Source: Candidatus Eiseniibacteriota bacterium
Lineage (GTDB): Bacteria > Eisenbacteria > RBG-16-71-46
Assembly (NCBI GenBank): GCA_963717935.1
Contig: CAVQXP010000004.1
Span: 224,001-288,000, forward strand
DNA length: 64,000 nucleotides
Direction of reading: 5' to 3'
Each line of letters opens with the position of its first letter. Position 1 is the first letter of the stretch. Positions 48,788 to 59,678 of the stretch are shown piece by piece. The notes under the pieces were generated by a model. The model was not told the origin of the DNA, made no database searches, and saw nothing but the letters and a program-made list of their open reading frames with translations. Position numbers and translations under genes: made by a program.

Positions 48788-49222
48788 CTAGAGCAGGTCC
48801 TCGAGGATCTCCGCGGCGGTCCTCACAAAGGCGGGGCAGCGGCTCTTGAAGAGGCCCTGCTCGCGGGCGCTCTGCAGCCCCTCGGGTGCGCCGAGGTCGC
48901 AATCGAGCAGTTCCCGGCACACGATCGAGCCGTGCCGCGCCTTGAATCTCGCGAGGAACTCCTGGACCGGCGGATAGGCGCGCTCCTTCGCCAGCGGATC
49001 GTCCGTGGGGGCGCTGCAGTGCCCGAGCCCCAGCGCCATGATCGCGCCGGTCACCGCGCCGCAGGTCTCGCCCGAACGCGCCAGGCCGCCACCGAAGCCG
49101 GCGGCCACGCGCAGCGCCGTCTCGCGCGGGAGATCCGCGGGGTCGGCAAAGGCGGAGAACACCGACTGCGAGCAGGAGAACTCCTGCTCGAACATCCGAA
49201 CGGCCGTCTCGATGCGGTCCAC
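48788..49222 (-). CDS. C_GCAxxG_C_C family putative redox protein
   Basis: FSCSQSV, GFGGG, TCGAVTG, SIVCRELL, RCPAFV; GTG start after GGGAGG. Confidence 0.88.
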   Translation of the reverse strand: MDRIETAVRMFEQEFSCSQSVFSAFADPADLPRETALRVAAGFGGGLARSGETCGAVTGAIMALGLGHCSAPTDDPLAKERAYPPVQEFLARFKARHGSIVCRELLDCDLGAPEGLQSAREQGLFKSRCPAFVRTAAEILEDLL

Positions 49223-49245
49223 TGCGCCTCCCCGGTCCGGTCGAC

Positions 49246-50679
49246 CTACTCCTTCACGCCGTCCAGCTGCTCCTGCAACCACGTCTCGACCTTCCCCATG
49301 ATACCGCGGTCGAGGTTGCTGAGGACGATCAGCGTCCACTCGCCGCGGCGCGCGAGGCTCGCGGAGATGCCGTGGGCGCCGCCCGCCATGGAGTAGCCGG
49401 CGGGCATCGGACCGGCGGCGGCCCCGGGCTCGGGTTTCGGCCCACCGAGCACCCAGCGGCTCCAGGCGGGCCCCGCCAGTTTCGCGTCACGCAGCGCCAG
49501 CTCGAAGCGCAGCAGGTCGTCCACGGTCGAGTAGCCACCGCCCGCCGCGCTGCCGCGGGCCGGCCGCGTGTGGACGTTCTCGCGCAGCGGCCCGTCGCCT
49601 TCACGGTAGTAGCCCATCGCCACGCCGGGCGTGGGGTCGTCCGCCTCGTACGAGTCCGTGCCCTTCATCCCGGCCGGTTCGAAGACGTGCCGGCGCACGT
49701 AGTCGTAATAGTCCTCACCCGAGGCCTTCGCGACGACCTCACCGAGCAGCACGAAACCACCGTTGGAGTAGCGCTGCGAGGTGCCCGGCTCGAACCACAG
49801 CGAATCGTCACGGAACAGGGCCACGTAGTCACGGTTGTGGCGCAGGGTCGAGCGGTCCATGCGCCCGTAGCGCTCGTTGAAGAAGTCCGTCGTCCCGGCG
49901 CGGTGTTCGGCCAGCATCTCGATCGTGATCTTCCGGCCGCTCTCCTTCGGCCAGTCCGGCAACCAGCGCTCGAGCGTGTCGTCGAGCCGGAGCCGGCCCT
50001 GCTCGGCGAGCTGCGCGACGCCCAGCTTCGTGAACAGCTTGCACAGCGAGCCCAGGTTGAAGCGGGTGTCCTCGCGGACCGGCGCGCCGAAGCGGCGCTC
50101 GGCGATCCCGTAGGCCTTGCGGAGCACCGGCGTCCCGTTCCGTGCCACCAGCACCACGCCGGCGAACTCGTCCGCCTGTGTCCGCTCGGTGAGGTAGGCG
50201 TCGAAGCGCGCCGGCAGCTCCGCGGCCGGGAGCGCGGGAGGCCGCGGCCCGACCGCGCCCGGATCGTCGATCCCGTTCAGACGGATGCCCACCAGGCCGA
50301 AGGGCGCCTGGTCCTCGCACAGGAAATCGAGCATCACCCAGGCCCCGGCGCCGTCCTTCGCCACCAGACGGACGAAGCTCGCGTCGGCCTCGACCACGCG
50401 CTCGGGCGTGAAGCTGCCGCCGGCCTGCGCCCGCGTCTGGCGCAGGCGGCCGAGGCGCGCCTCGATGGGCGCCGCGAACGCCCGGGCCGCGAAGTGCTCG
50501 AGCAGCATCTTCCGCATCGCGGCCTCGTCGCCGGAATTGAACGCCTGCAGCCACGCCTTCGCGTGACGGCCCGCCGGCGTGCCGGGCCATGTCACCGGCG
50601 CGCTCGAAGCCGGCGCCGGAGCACCGGCGAAGAACAGCAGGGTCGTGCACACCGCAAGGAACAGCCTGTCGAGCCTCAT
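49246..50679 (-). CDS. Secreted serine hydrolase, beta-lactamase class C / PBP-like
   Basis: FNLGSLCKLFT (SxxK), FEPG..RYSN, SAAGGGYST; signal peptide. Confidence 0.88.
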   Translation of the reverse strand: MRLDRLFLAVCTTLLFFAGAPAPASSAPVTWPGTPAGRHAKAWLQAFNSGDEAAMRKMLLEHFAARAFAAPIEARLGRLRQTRAQAGGSFTPERVVEADASFVRLVAKDGAGAWVMLDFLCEDQAPFGLVGIRLNGIDDPGAVGPRPPALPAAELPARFDAYLTERTQADEFAGVVLVARNGTPVLRKAYGIAERRFGAPVREDTRFNLGSLCKLFTKLGVAQLAEQGRLRLDDTLERWLPDWPKESGRKITIEMLAEHRAGTTDFFNERYGRMDRSTLRHNRDYVALFRDDSLWFEPGTSQRYSNGGFVLLGEVVAKASGEDYYDYVRRHVFEPAGMKGTDSYEADDPTPGVAMGYYREGDGPLRENVHTRPARGSAAGGGYSTVDDLLRFELALRDAKLAGPAWSRWVLGGPKPEPGAAAGPMPAGYSMAGGAHGISASLARRGEWTLIVLSNLDRGIMGKVETWLQEQLDGVKE

Positions 50680-50726
50680 CTCCGCCTCCTCTCGCGCGCG
50701 ATGCGCGCCGGGATCGGCGCCCTCCC

Positions 50727-52208
50727 TCACTCCCCCCGCGCCCGGCGCAGGGTATCGAGGAAGGACGCTTCCATCCAGTAGATGTCGATGTTCCCGTTGC
50801 GGGTCAGGCTGTAGGCCTCCCGCAGGGCCCGGAGGGTCAGGGGCGCCTCCGGCGTCGACGCGACCTCGCGTGGCTTCGTCGAACCGAAGAAGAGGTACTT
50901 CCCGTCCGGCGAGACGTAGGAGGAGCCCGCGTTGCCGCCGACGGGACTCACGTCCTTGCCCAGGCACACCCCCTCGCTCCAGCGGTCCTCCGCGTCGCGG
51001 AAGAAGACGTAGTACTGCGGCCGTCCCGGCTCCGCCCCGTCGGTCCGCCCGTTCACGCACGCGACCAGGTAGCTCTCGTCGGGCGAGACGAACGCGTTGT
51101 AGGGAACCCCCTGTCCGTTCACCGCCGCGGGGAGGGTGTCGGGCTCCTGGTACCGGCCGTCCACGAGCCGCGAGCGCACGATCTTCAACTCGTCGCTCCG
51201 CGGCGCCCCGCGCGTGAAGTAGAGCGTGCCGTCGCGGGTGAGCGAGGGGAAGAACTCGTTGCTCGTCGTGTTGACGGGCGCGCCCAGGTCGTAGGGCTCG
51301 CCCCAGGTGCCGTCCGCCTTGCGGTCGGCCGCGAAGATGTTCTGGTTGGCCCAGCCCCCCTTCGTCTCCTCTCCCGCCGTGGGCCGCGTGGTCAGGAAGA
51401 GCATCCGCTTCCCGTCGGCCGACAGGCAGGGCTCGAAGTGAAAGTAGCGCAGATCGGCGGCGAACGGCGCGACCGCGGGCTCGGTCCAGTGGCCGTCCTC
51501 GAGACGCGTGACCATGATGGTGCTGGTCTGTCCCGACATGACGCCGAAGTAGATCTCCCGGCCGTCCGGCGCGATCGCCACGTCGCGCTCGTTCATCCCC
51601 GTGCAGACGAGGCCGGGGGCGAACAGCTCCGGCGTCCTGCCCGGCGGCTTCTGGCCGAGGTACGGCCCGTCGCAGGCGGCGAAGCTCCTGCCCCCGCGCG
51701 CAGTCGCCTCCACCTGGTCCGATGCCAGCGAGAAGTGCATCTGCGCGATGAGCCACCGGCCGCCGCGCTTCTCCAGCACGCCCGTCCAGCGGGCGTCGTC
51801 CCAGCCCATCTTCACGCCATCCCATTCGCCGTGGTCGTCCAGCACGCACGAGAACCAGGCGGCATCGCCGGACTTCGACAGGTGGATCCGCATCTCCTTG
51901 AACCTCGAATCCAGGGCCTTGAACCTGGGGTCCATGAAGACGTCCTCGGCGAGCTTCCGGAACGGCTCGAACCCGACGATGGTGCTCTTCGAGTCCGGGT
52001 GGAAGATGAAGAAGCCCGAATCCTGCGCGAAGCAGTCGAACAGCGCCTGCCTGTCCTTGGTCAGCGCCCAGTCGATCGAGGTGCGGATGACCTTGTCGAT
52101 CTTCGCCTTCTCGGCGGCTTCGTCCCCCCGCGCGGCCGTGGTGACGGCGGGGACGCCCGCGAGGAGGGCGAGGCAGAACAGCACGATCTGGAGGATCCTG
52201 GCTCTCAT
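50727..52208 (-). CDS. Secreted SnoaL/NTF2-like domain + PD40 (TolB-like) beta-propeller protein
   Basis: RWTGVLEKRGGRWLIAQMHFS; PYLGQKPPG..PELFAPG; repeated (S/A)PDG..L(F/Y)F blades; DIYW. Confidence 0.75.
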   Translation of the reverse strand: MRARILQIVLFCLALLAGVPAVTTAARGDEAAEKAKIDKVIRTSIDWALTKDRQALFDCFAQDSGFFIFHPDSKSTIVGFEPFRKLAEDVFMDPRFKALDSRFKEMRIHLSKSGDAAWFSCVLDDHGEWDGVKMGWDDARWTGVLEKRGGRWLIAQMHFSLASDQVEATARGGRSFAACDGPYLGQKPPGRTPELFAPGLVCTGMNERDVAIAPDGREIYFGVMSGQTSTIMVTRLEDGHWTEPAVAPFAADLRYFHFEPCLSADGKRMLFLTTRPTAGEETKGGWANQNIFAADRKADGTWGEPYDLGAPVNTTSNEFFPSLTRDGTLYFTRGAPRSDELKIVRSRLVDGRYQEPDTLPAAVNGQGVPYNAFVSPDESYLVACVNGRTDGAEPGRPQYYVFFRDAEDRWSEGVCLGKDVSPVGGNAGSSYVSPDGKYLFFGSTKPREVASTPEAPLTLRALREAYSLTRNGNIDIYWMEASFLDTLRRARGE

Positions 52209-52419
52209 GACAGCCTCCTGCGGGGAAGGAACGGCAGCGGGCGGCATCCGCCCGGTGCGGCCCGGCCTCCGTGACGGCGCAGTCGCCAAGCAGACCGATC
52301 CACGCTACCGCCGCACCGCGGACCGGCGACGACGCGTCGAACCGGCGCGGGGAGCGAAGCCCGGACGCGGGCGCCCGGGGGACGAACGGCGGCCCCGCGC
52401 GCGGGTGCCGTTGCGGGCC

Positions 52420-54221
52420 CTATCTTCGCCCCAGCAGCGTGAGCAGCCCCGTCGTGAGCCAGGGCACGTAGGTGATCAGCAGCACGCCGAAGCCCAGGAT
52501 CGCCAGGATCGGGAGCGTGGCGCGCGCGATCTCGAACACCGGACGCTTGAAGCGGTAGGCCGCCAGGAACAGGTTGAAGCCCACGGGCGGCGTCAGGTAG
52601 CCGAGTTCGAGATTGGCCACGAAGATGATGCCCAGGTGCACGGGGTTGATCTCGAACGCCCGCGCGATCGGCACGATCAGCGGCACCACGACCACGGTCG
52701 CGGAGAAGATGTCCATCAGGCAGCCGACCACGAGCAGGAACAGGTTGAGCCCCAGCAGGAACACCGCCGCCGAGTGCACGTGCCCGCGGGTCCACTCGAC
52801 CAGGTGCGCCGGCACCTGCGCGTCCACCAGTAGGAACTCAGCCCCATGGCCGCGCCGAGGATGACGAGCACGCCGCCGCACCAGCACCACGCTCTCGCTC
52901 AACACCCGCGGCACGTCGCGCCGGAGCCCCAGGTCGCGGTGCACGAAGGTCTGCGTCGCGAACGCGTAGAGTGCGGTGAGCGCCGCGGCCTCGACCAGCG
53001 TGGCGAAGCCGCCGAAGATCGCGACCAGCACGATCACCGGCATGAGCAGCTCCCACTTGGCCTCGTTCACCGCGCCGAGCACCTCGCGCCAGGTGAAGGA
53101 CGTGCGGCGCGCCTGGCCGGTCACCCCCTCGCGGATGCCCCAGGCCATGACCAGGCCGAGCAGGAGCAGCCCGGGCAGCAGACCGCCGATGAACAGGTCC
53201 TCGATGGCGACCTGCGCCACGATGCCGTAGAGGATGAGCGGGAGGGCCGGCGGGAACAGCAGCCCGAGCGAGCCGCACCCCGTGATCAGGCCGAGCGAGA
53301 AGCGTTCACGGTATCGCTCTTCCGAGAGCGCCTTCAGCAGCAGCGCGCCCAGCGCCAGGATGGTCACTCCCGAGCCCCCGGTGAAGGCGGTGAAGAACGC
53401 GCAGACCACCGCCACCACCACCGCCGTTCCCCCCGGCAGCCAGCCGACCAGGGCGCGGAAGACGCGCAGCAACCGGCTCGAAGCGTGGCCCTCGGCCAGC
53501 AGGTACCCCGCGAGCGTGAACAGCGGGATCGCGGCCAGCGTCGGTGAGACGGCGAGCCGGTAGGTCTCGGCCGGCACGGCCGCGATCGGCACGGCGTCCC
53601 GCATGAAGAAGACCAGCGCGACGCCCCCGAGCAGCACGAAGAGCGGACCACCCACCGCGGTCGCCAGCAGCACCAGCGCGAGGCCGGGCCAGAAGGACAC
53701 GTCCGCCAGCAGTTCGGGGCGCTGCCCCACCGCCAGGCCGACCGCGATGCCGAGAACCGCGACCAGGCGTCCGGGCCAGCGGGGCGCCGCGAGCCACGCC
53801 ACCCGCAGCGCGATCAGTGCGAACGCGACCGGCAGCACCAGCTGCGCCATCCACACCCGCACGCCGAGCGCGAGGACGGCGCCCGCGCCGCGCTCGATCA
53901 CGACCATGTCCCAGCTTGCGCGGGCGAGCAGGGTCGAGACCGCCGCCGCCACCGCGGCCGAGAAGATCGCCGCGGCGCGGCGCCACGGCCCGTCAGGGAT
54001 GAAGGCGCCGGTCGCCAGGGACAGCAGCCGGCGCTCGCGCGCGGCGAGGGCCGCGCCGAGGAAGCCCACCCACAGCGTGAGGTGCGGACGAACGTCCCCG
54101 AGCCGGGAACGCCGATCTTGAACAGCGCCCGCGAGACGATCTCAGCGAGCGGCAGCAGCACCATCAGCACCAGCGCCGCGTTGGTGATGCCCCGCTCGAG
54201 GCGGCCGGGGAGGTCCTTCAG
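52420..54221 (-). CDS. TRAP transporter fused small/large permease (DctQM), three indels (about 54085, 52880, 52835)
   Basis: LTLWVGFLGA, AIPLFTLAG, FTGGSGVTI, GSLGLLFPP, ELGYLTPPVGFNLF; start uncertain (CTG 54221 overlapping the dctP stop, or GTG 54170). Confidence 0.85.
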
Positions 54222-55282
54222 CGCACGCCTCCGCCGCTCTTCCGGCGGAACGCGTCACGCTCGCGGCGCGCCAGGTCGAGGATGTCCGGCGGCACCCGGA
54301 TGCCCTTCATCCCGTTGGCGAACTGTTCCGCCGTGGCGCGGAACTGCGTGGCGTTCGCGCCGGTCACGGCGTTCACCCTGAGTCCCCGCTTCTTCATCTC
54401 GGCCACCGCGATGGTGTCCTGGCGCGGCACCTCGATCTCGAGCTTGTGCTCGAGCCGGCGGCACGACTCCATGATCCGCGCGCGGTCGGGCTCGGCGATC
54501 TTCGCCCACGCCTGCTTCGTCATGACGAGCCCACCCACCAGCGGCGCCAGTCCCATGCCCACCAGGTTGGGCGTCATCCGGTACCACTGCAGGGTGAGCC
54601 CGAGCAGCGGCGTGGTCGGGTAGGCGTCGATCATGCCGGTCTGCAGCCCGGTCATGATGTCGGTGGCCGCGAGCGCCACCGGCTGGAAACCGAACTGCCG
54701 CCACAGCGCCACCATCTGGTCGTCGCCCGCCCACACGAACATCTTCGCCTTGCGCAGCTCGACCACCGATTCGACCGGTTGCTTGGTGAAGAAATAGACC
54801 CAGCCACCGTGTCCCCAGGCGAGCAACACGAAGCCCTTGGCCTCGAGGCGCTGCCGGAGCAGCGGGGTGAGCTTGTCGAGCGTGGCGTAGAGTTCGGGGT
54901 ACGACGTGAAGAACATCGGGATGTTGAAGACGTTGAAGGCCGGGTCGATGTTGGCGAGCCCGGCGGTGGTGACAGCCGCCGCCTGCAGTTGCCCGATGCG
55001 CATCTTGCGCACCGCGTCGGGCTCGTCGCCCGCCACGCCGCCCGGGTAGACGCGCAGCACGACCCGCCCCTGCGTGCCGGCGGCCCATTGCGCGCCCATG
55101 TCGCGCATGGACTGGTCCCAGACCGAGCCTTCGGGCACCAGGGTGGCGAGCTTGATGACCTGCGACTGCGCCGCCGCAGGCGCGGGCGCGAGCAGGGTGA
55201 CCGCCAGCGCCAGGATCGCGGCGCAGAGCACACCGGCGATGCCGGAACGGAGGGAACGCCTCACCTGCTGGAGGTCTGTCAT
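54218..55282 (-). CDS. dctP: TRAP transporter substrate-binding protein DctP (TatP type)
   Basis: IKLATLVPEGSVW, YPGGVAGDE, RKMRIGQL, GLQTGMIDA. Confidence 0.9.
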   Translation of the reverse strand: MTDLQQVRRSLRSGIAGVLCAAILALAVTLLAPAPAAAQSQVIKLATLVPEGSVWDQSMRDMGAQWAAGTQGRVVLRVYPGGVAGDEPDAVRKMRIGQLQAAAVTTAGLANIDPAFNVFNIPMFFTSYPELYATLDKLTPLLRQRLEAKGFVLLAWGHGGWVYFFTKQPVESVVELRKAKMFVWAGDDQMVALWRQFGFQPVALAATDIMTGLQTGMIDAYPTTPLLGLTLQWYRMTPNLVGMGLAPLVGGLVMTKQAWAKIAEPDRARIMESCRRLEHKLEIEVPRQDTIAVAEMKKRGLRVNAVTGANATQFRATAEQFANGMKGIRVPPDILDLARRERDAFRRKSGGGVR

Positions 55283-56244
55283 CAGTTCTCCTGGATCTGC
55301 GTGGTGTCGGAGGGCGCCGGGTCGTCGAGGAAGAATTCGTCCTCGCGATCGAGCAGCGCCCGGGCCTTGCGCTGCAGGACGATCGTGACCAGACGCTGCG
55401 CCGGATCCCGGTCGGGGTCGAACTCGAGCGCCCGTGCCAGCAGCGTCTCGAACTCCCTGCGGTCCTGCTTGAGCACCGAGACGGTCGTGGCGAGCGTCAC
55501 GTAGGGCGAGGCCCTGGTGTCCTTCGACAGCGCCACCGACCGCGCGAAATGTCCCCGCGCGCGCGCCTCGGAGCCGCCCATCGCCTCGGGCAGCGCATCG
55601 AGCAGGATGAGCGCGTCGTGGATCGCGCCGCCCTCGTAGCCTTCGTCGAGCGCGAGCCCGCGCTCCATCAGCGCGCGGATCGCCGGCAGGTCGGCAAGCA
55701 GCTCGGGGCGGTCCTTGCCGAGCGAGATGGCCGAGCCCCACGAGGCCGCGGTCCAGTAGAGCATCGGGAGGTGGCGTCTCTGGATGCGCGCCGCGGCCTT
55801 CACCGGGTCGAGCTCGAGCTGCCCGGAGATGCCCCGATAGCGCTTCTCGAGGCCGCGCAGCCCGTAGCCGCGCGCGCGCAGGTAGAGCCTGAGCGCGCGC
55901 TCGTGCAGCACCGTGGCGCGCGGGTAGTCGCTGTTCACCAGCAGGTCGCCCTCGGCCTGCACGAACGCGTAGGAGTACTGCGTGAAGCCTTTGCAGAGGG
56001 TGAGCAGCAGGCCTTCGTGCTCCGGCGCTACCGCGAGCAGCGACTCCATGGTCTTCAGGCCGAACGGCAGCGCGTCGCGCACCAGCTCCGGGTCATCGTC
56101 GGTGCCGTAGACGTCCACGCCGCCGGTGAGCGAGTTGGCGACGCTCCCGACCGCCCAGCGCTTGACCGAGCACGAGGAAAGCACCGACGAAAGCGCGAGG
56201 AGCAAGGCGAGCGCGACGACCAGGCGCGGTGCACGGGAGGACAT
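55282..56244 (-). CDS. TRAP-associated TatT (TPAT) lipoprotein
   Basis: Lipobox LSSC; DDDPELVRDALPF.LK..ESLL; AMGG...AR.HF; position upstream of dctP. Confidence 0.85.
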   Translation of the reverse strand: MSSRAPRLVVALALLLALSSVLSSCSVKRWAVGSVANSLTGGVDVYGTDDDPELVRDALPFGLKTMESLLAVAPEHEGLLLTLCKGFTQYSYAFVQAEGDLLVNSDYPRATVLHERALRLYLRARGYGLRGLEKRYRGISGQLELDPVKAAARIQRRHLPMLYWTAASWGSAISLGKDRPELLADLPAIRALMERGLALDEGYEGGAIHDALILLDALPEAMGGSEARARGHFARSVALSKDTRASPYVTLATTVSVLKQDRREFETLLARALEFDPDRDPAQRLVTIVLQRKARALLDREDEFFLDDPAPSDTTQIQEN

Positions 56245-56250
56245 GCCCGC

Positions 56251-56280
56251 ACGCTAGCGCGGGGCCGGAGAGGCGGTCAA
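56251..56280 (-). promoter_or_regulatory. Putative sigma70 promoter giving a leaderless tatT transcript
   Basis: TTGACC-18 nt-TAGCGT ending 6 nt before the ATG; no SD. Confidence 0.5.
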
Positions 56281-56332
56281 GCGCGGTGGGACGTGACCTG
56301 CCAGCGCGTGCGATCGAACCGCGTGGCCGCCC

Positions 56333-56968
56333 TCAGGCCCCGCGGCGGGCGATCAGCACGGCGTAGCCGGGGTTGCCGTCGCGGGGCTCGGAGCCCTCTG
56401 CCTCGATCACGAGCCCGGCTTGCGCGAACCAGCGGCGGTAGGTCCCGACGTCGGCCTGGCTGTAGTACATCCGCACCCCCGGCACGCCGCGCCAGTCCTT
56501 CTCGACCCCGGTCCATGGCTCCTTGCCGACCATGGCGAGGAACCGCCCGCCGGGCACCAGCCAGCCGGCCACGCGCGCGATCAGCGCGGGCTGATCGGCG
56601 AGCGGCACGTTGAAGATGGAGTAGAACGCGACCACCGCGTCGAAGGAGCCCGGCTCGAGCTCGACCGTCGTCATGTCGGCGCAGACGAAACGCGCCTGCG
56701 GCACCAGCGCTCGCGCGCGCTCGATCTGCACCTGCGACAGGTCCACGCCGGTCACGGCGCAGCGCTTCACCAGCTCCTGCGCGACCGGCACGCCGCAGCC
56801 GCAGCCCAGGTCGAGGACGCGCGCGCCGTCCGCCAGCAGGGGAGCGAGCCGGCCGAGCCAGTACGCGTAGCCGGAGCCCGCGAGGTCGAAGGTGTCGCCC
56901 CGGTAGGCGCACGACGCCAGGTCGTACCCCACGCGCACCAGCTCCCGGGGATCGGTGATGTGGTCCAT
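56333..56968 (-). CDS. Class I SAM-dependent methyltransferase
   Basis: RVLDLGCGCG, GVDLS, FVCADM, SFDAVV, LVPGG; alternative start at 56995. Confidence 0.9.
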   Translation of the reverse strand: MDHITDPRELVRVGYDLASCAYRGDTFDLAGSGYAYWLGRLAPLLADGARVLDLGCGCGVPVAQELVKRCAVTGVDLSQVQIERARALVPQARFVCADMTTVELEPGSFDAVVAFYSIFNVPLADQPALIARVAGWLVPGGRFLAMVGKEPWTGVEKDWRGVPGVRMYYSQADVGTYRRWFAQAGLVIEAEGSEPRDGNPGYAVLIARRGA

Positions 56969-57250
56969 GGGGCGCTCCGCCGCCGGCCGTTCCACCGTCA
57001 GTCCTCGCCGATGTCGCCGAGCAGGGTCCTGGCCATGCCATCCTCGCGGGCGAGCGGGTAGGGGGTGATGAGCTGCGAACCGACGCAGCCCGCCGCGGCG
57101 TGATGAGGTCGCCGCGGCTCGTGCGGTCCCAAGGGTCGGCTGAGAATACCACCAGCCGATCGAGCGGCGCGCCCGCCGCGTGAGGGGCTGACGGGCGACC
57201 GCGACCGGGGCGAGGGCCTCGGGCGCACGCGGTGAGCTATGCTACCGGCC

Positions 57251-58399
57251 ATGCGCGACCCCGCCCTGCTCGAGGAATGCCGCGCGCTCCGCCACGCGGT
57301 CGAGCGCCACGCCACCCTCGAGGCGCTGCGCGCCGCGCCCGGGTGGCCGGGGCTCGACGCGCGCCTGCGGCGCCTGCTCGGCGCGACCCGCCTCGTCCCT
57401 GCACGCTCGCTCCCGCCCCCGTCACCCGACCCCACGCGCGTGCGGGCCGTGCATTGGAACCTCGAGCACGGCAACGAGTACCGACAGATCGAACGAGCGC
57501 TGCTCACTCACGCCGAACTGCGCGACGCCGACCTGGTCCTCGTCAACGAGGTGGACCTCGGCATGGCGCGCTCCGGCGACCGTGACGTCGCCGCGGACCT
57601 CGCCCACGCGCTCGGGCTCCACGGCGTCTTCGCCCCGCTCTTCCTCGAGACCACGTCCGGCCGCGACGACGACGTGCGCTCGGCAGCCGGCCGCGAGAAC
57701 GCGGAGGGCCTCTTCGGCGTCGCCATCCTCTCGCGCTGGCCCATCGTCGAGGCGCGCATCGTGGACCTGCCGAGTCCCGAGCGGATCCAGTTCGACGTCG
57801 AACGGATGGTCGGACGGCACATCGGCCTCGTGGCCGCGATCGAGCGCCCCGGCGCGACGTTCGTGGCGGTCTCGACGCACCTCGAGGTCCACCGCACGCG
57901 CATGCACCGTGCGGCACAGGCACGCGCGCTGGCGGGCGCGCTGCGTGACGAGACCCGCCCCGTGATCCTCGCGGGCGATTTCAATTCCCACACGTTCGAT
58001 CGCGGGCTGTGGCACGCGCCGCTGGCGGGCGCGCTCGCCCTGTTGCTGACACCCGGCGGGGCGCTCCAGCGCCGGCTGCTCCATCCCGACCGGGGCCCGG
58101 CGCGCGAGCCGCTCTTCGACGAGCTGCGCGACGCGGGTTTCGAGTGGGCGCCGTTCGTGGACCGCGAGCCCACGCTGCGGCTGCGTTTCGAGCGCCTGGA
58201 CGAACTGCGCACGCTCTTCGGCCCGGCGCACGCGCTGGCGCGCCGGGCGCTGGCCCGGGCCGAGCGGCGCGCGCGGCTGCGGCTCGACTGGTTCGCGGGG
58301 CGCGGCTGGCGCGGCGGCCGCGGATTCACCGTGCCGGACCTCGACGGCCCCGGGCGCGCCTCGGATCACGCGCCGCTCGTGGCGGAGTTCCGGCCGTAG
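57251..58399 (+). CDS. Endonuclease/exonuclease/phosphatase family protein
   Basis: HWNLE, NEVD, AILSRWP, THLE, LAGDFN, LDW, SDHAP. Confidence 0.88.
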   Translation: MRDPALLEECRALRHAVERHATLEALRAAPGWPGLDARLRRLLGATRLVPARSLPPPSPDPTRVRAVHWNLEHGNEYRQIERALLTHAELRDADLVLVNEVDLGMARSGDRDVAADLAHALGLHGVFAPLFLETTSGRDDDVRSAAGRENAEGLFGVAILSRWPIVEARIVDLPSPERIQFDVERMVGRHIGLVAAIERPGATFVAVSTHLEVHRTRMHRAAQARALAGALRDETRPVILAGDFNSHTFDRGLWHAPLAGALALLLTPGGALQRRLLHPDRGPAREPLFDELRDAGFEWAPFVDREPTLRLRFERLDELRTLFGPAHALARRALARAERRARLRLDWFAGRGWRGGRGFTVPDLDGPGRASDHAPLVAEFRP

Positions 58400-58555
58400 C
58401 CGAAACCAGCGCGACATCGGGCGGGTGGCGGAAGGCGCTCCGGGCGAGCGCTCGGTCGCGCCCGTACCCGCCCGCCTTGCCGCGTCCGGCGGCGCCCGGC
58501 TAGAGTCCCGGGTCCGAACACGACCTTCCGGCCCCTTCCCACGCTCGGAGCCCGC

Positions 58556-59678
58556 ATGCCGCTTCCCGCCCCCAACACGCTGGCCATCATCGGCGCCGGT
58601 CCGGTCGGGCTCGAGGCCGCCCTCGCGGCACTCGATCACGGCTTCGACGTGCAGGTGCTCGAACAGGGCGAGGTGGGCTCTCACCCGCTCGCCTGGGGCC
58701 ACGTGCGGATGTTCACGCCCTGGCGCATGAACCTGGGGAAGCACGCGCGCGCGCACCTCGAAGCGACGGGCTGGACCGCGCCCGGGCCCGAGGCCTGCCC
58801 CACCGGGCTCGAGCTGGCCGAGCGCTACCTGCAGCCGCTCGCGGAACTGCCCGAACTGGCCGGACGCATCCACCCGTTCACGCAGGTCGTGCAGGCGAGC
58901 CGGCACGGTCTCCTGCGCGGCGAGGGCTCGGACGCGGGCACGCGCCGCGCGCGGCCCTTCCGCCTGCTGGTGCGCGACCAGGGCGGGCGGGAGAGCTTCC
59001 ATCACGCGTTCTCGCTGGTGGACGCCTCGGGTGTGTACGCCAACCCCGACTGGGCCGGCACCGGCGGCATCCCGGCGCGCGGCGAGCTGTATCTGAGGCC
59101 GCAACTCGCCTATCACGTCGAGGACGTGCTGGGCCTCGACCGCGAGAGATACGCGGGCCGGCGCACCCTCGTGATCGGCGAGGGCGCCTACGCGGCGACG
59201 ACGGTAGCGGCCCTCGCGCGGCTCGCCGACGAGGCGCGCGGGCACGACCGTGGCGTGGGTCACGCGCGCGGTCGCGGCCGACATCTTCCCGGCAGCGGAG
59301 CACGATCCGCTGCCCGGACGACGGGAGCTGCGCACCCGGGCGCGAGCGCTCGCCGCTGGCGCGCACCCGGCGGTGGCGCACGTCGGCGGTGCCGAGGTCG
59401 AGGAGTTCGAGTTCAACTCGGCCACGCACCGCTACCGCGTGATCCTCGCCGCGGGCGACGCGACGCGCACCGAGGAGGCGGACCGCGTCATCGTCAACGT
59501 GGGCTTCGGGCCCGACGAGACGCTCTGCCGCGAGCTCGACGAGGACGAGCCGCAGTTCTTCGCGCTCGGCCAGGGACCGCACGGGCGCGAGCCGGACTTC
59601 CTGCTCGAGACCGGCTACCGGCAGGTCGGGGACGCGGTCGCGCGGCTCGCCGACGGGATGCGCGCGAGCGCTCCGTAG
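58556..59678 (+). CDS. FAD/NAD(P)-dependent oxidoreductase (flavoprotein monooxygenase-like), +1 frameshift near 59238
   Basis: IIGAGPVGL, WGHVRMFTPW, DASG, GIPARGE, then in the next frame VAWVTR, IVNVGF.PD, FLLETGYRQV. Confidence 0.8.

Noticed and set aside
48788..49222. Selenocysteine recoding in redox proteins
   Set aside because: All expected Cys positions are Cys codons, and I saw no in-frame TGA here or in the FeS and Mo proteins.
56998..57100. Short minus-strand reading frame ending ...PYPLAREDGMARTLLGDIGED*
   Set aside because: Could be a gene remnant, but it has no convincing start and no recognisable family.
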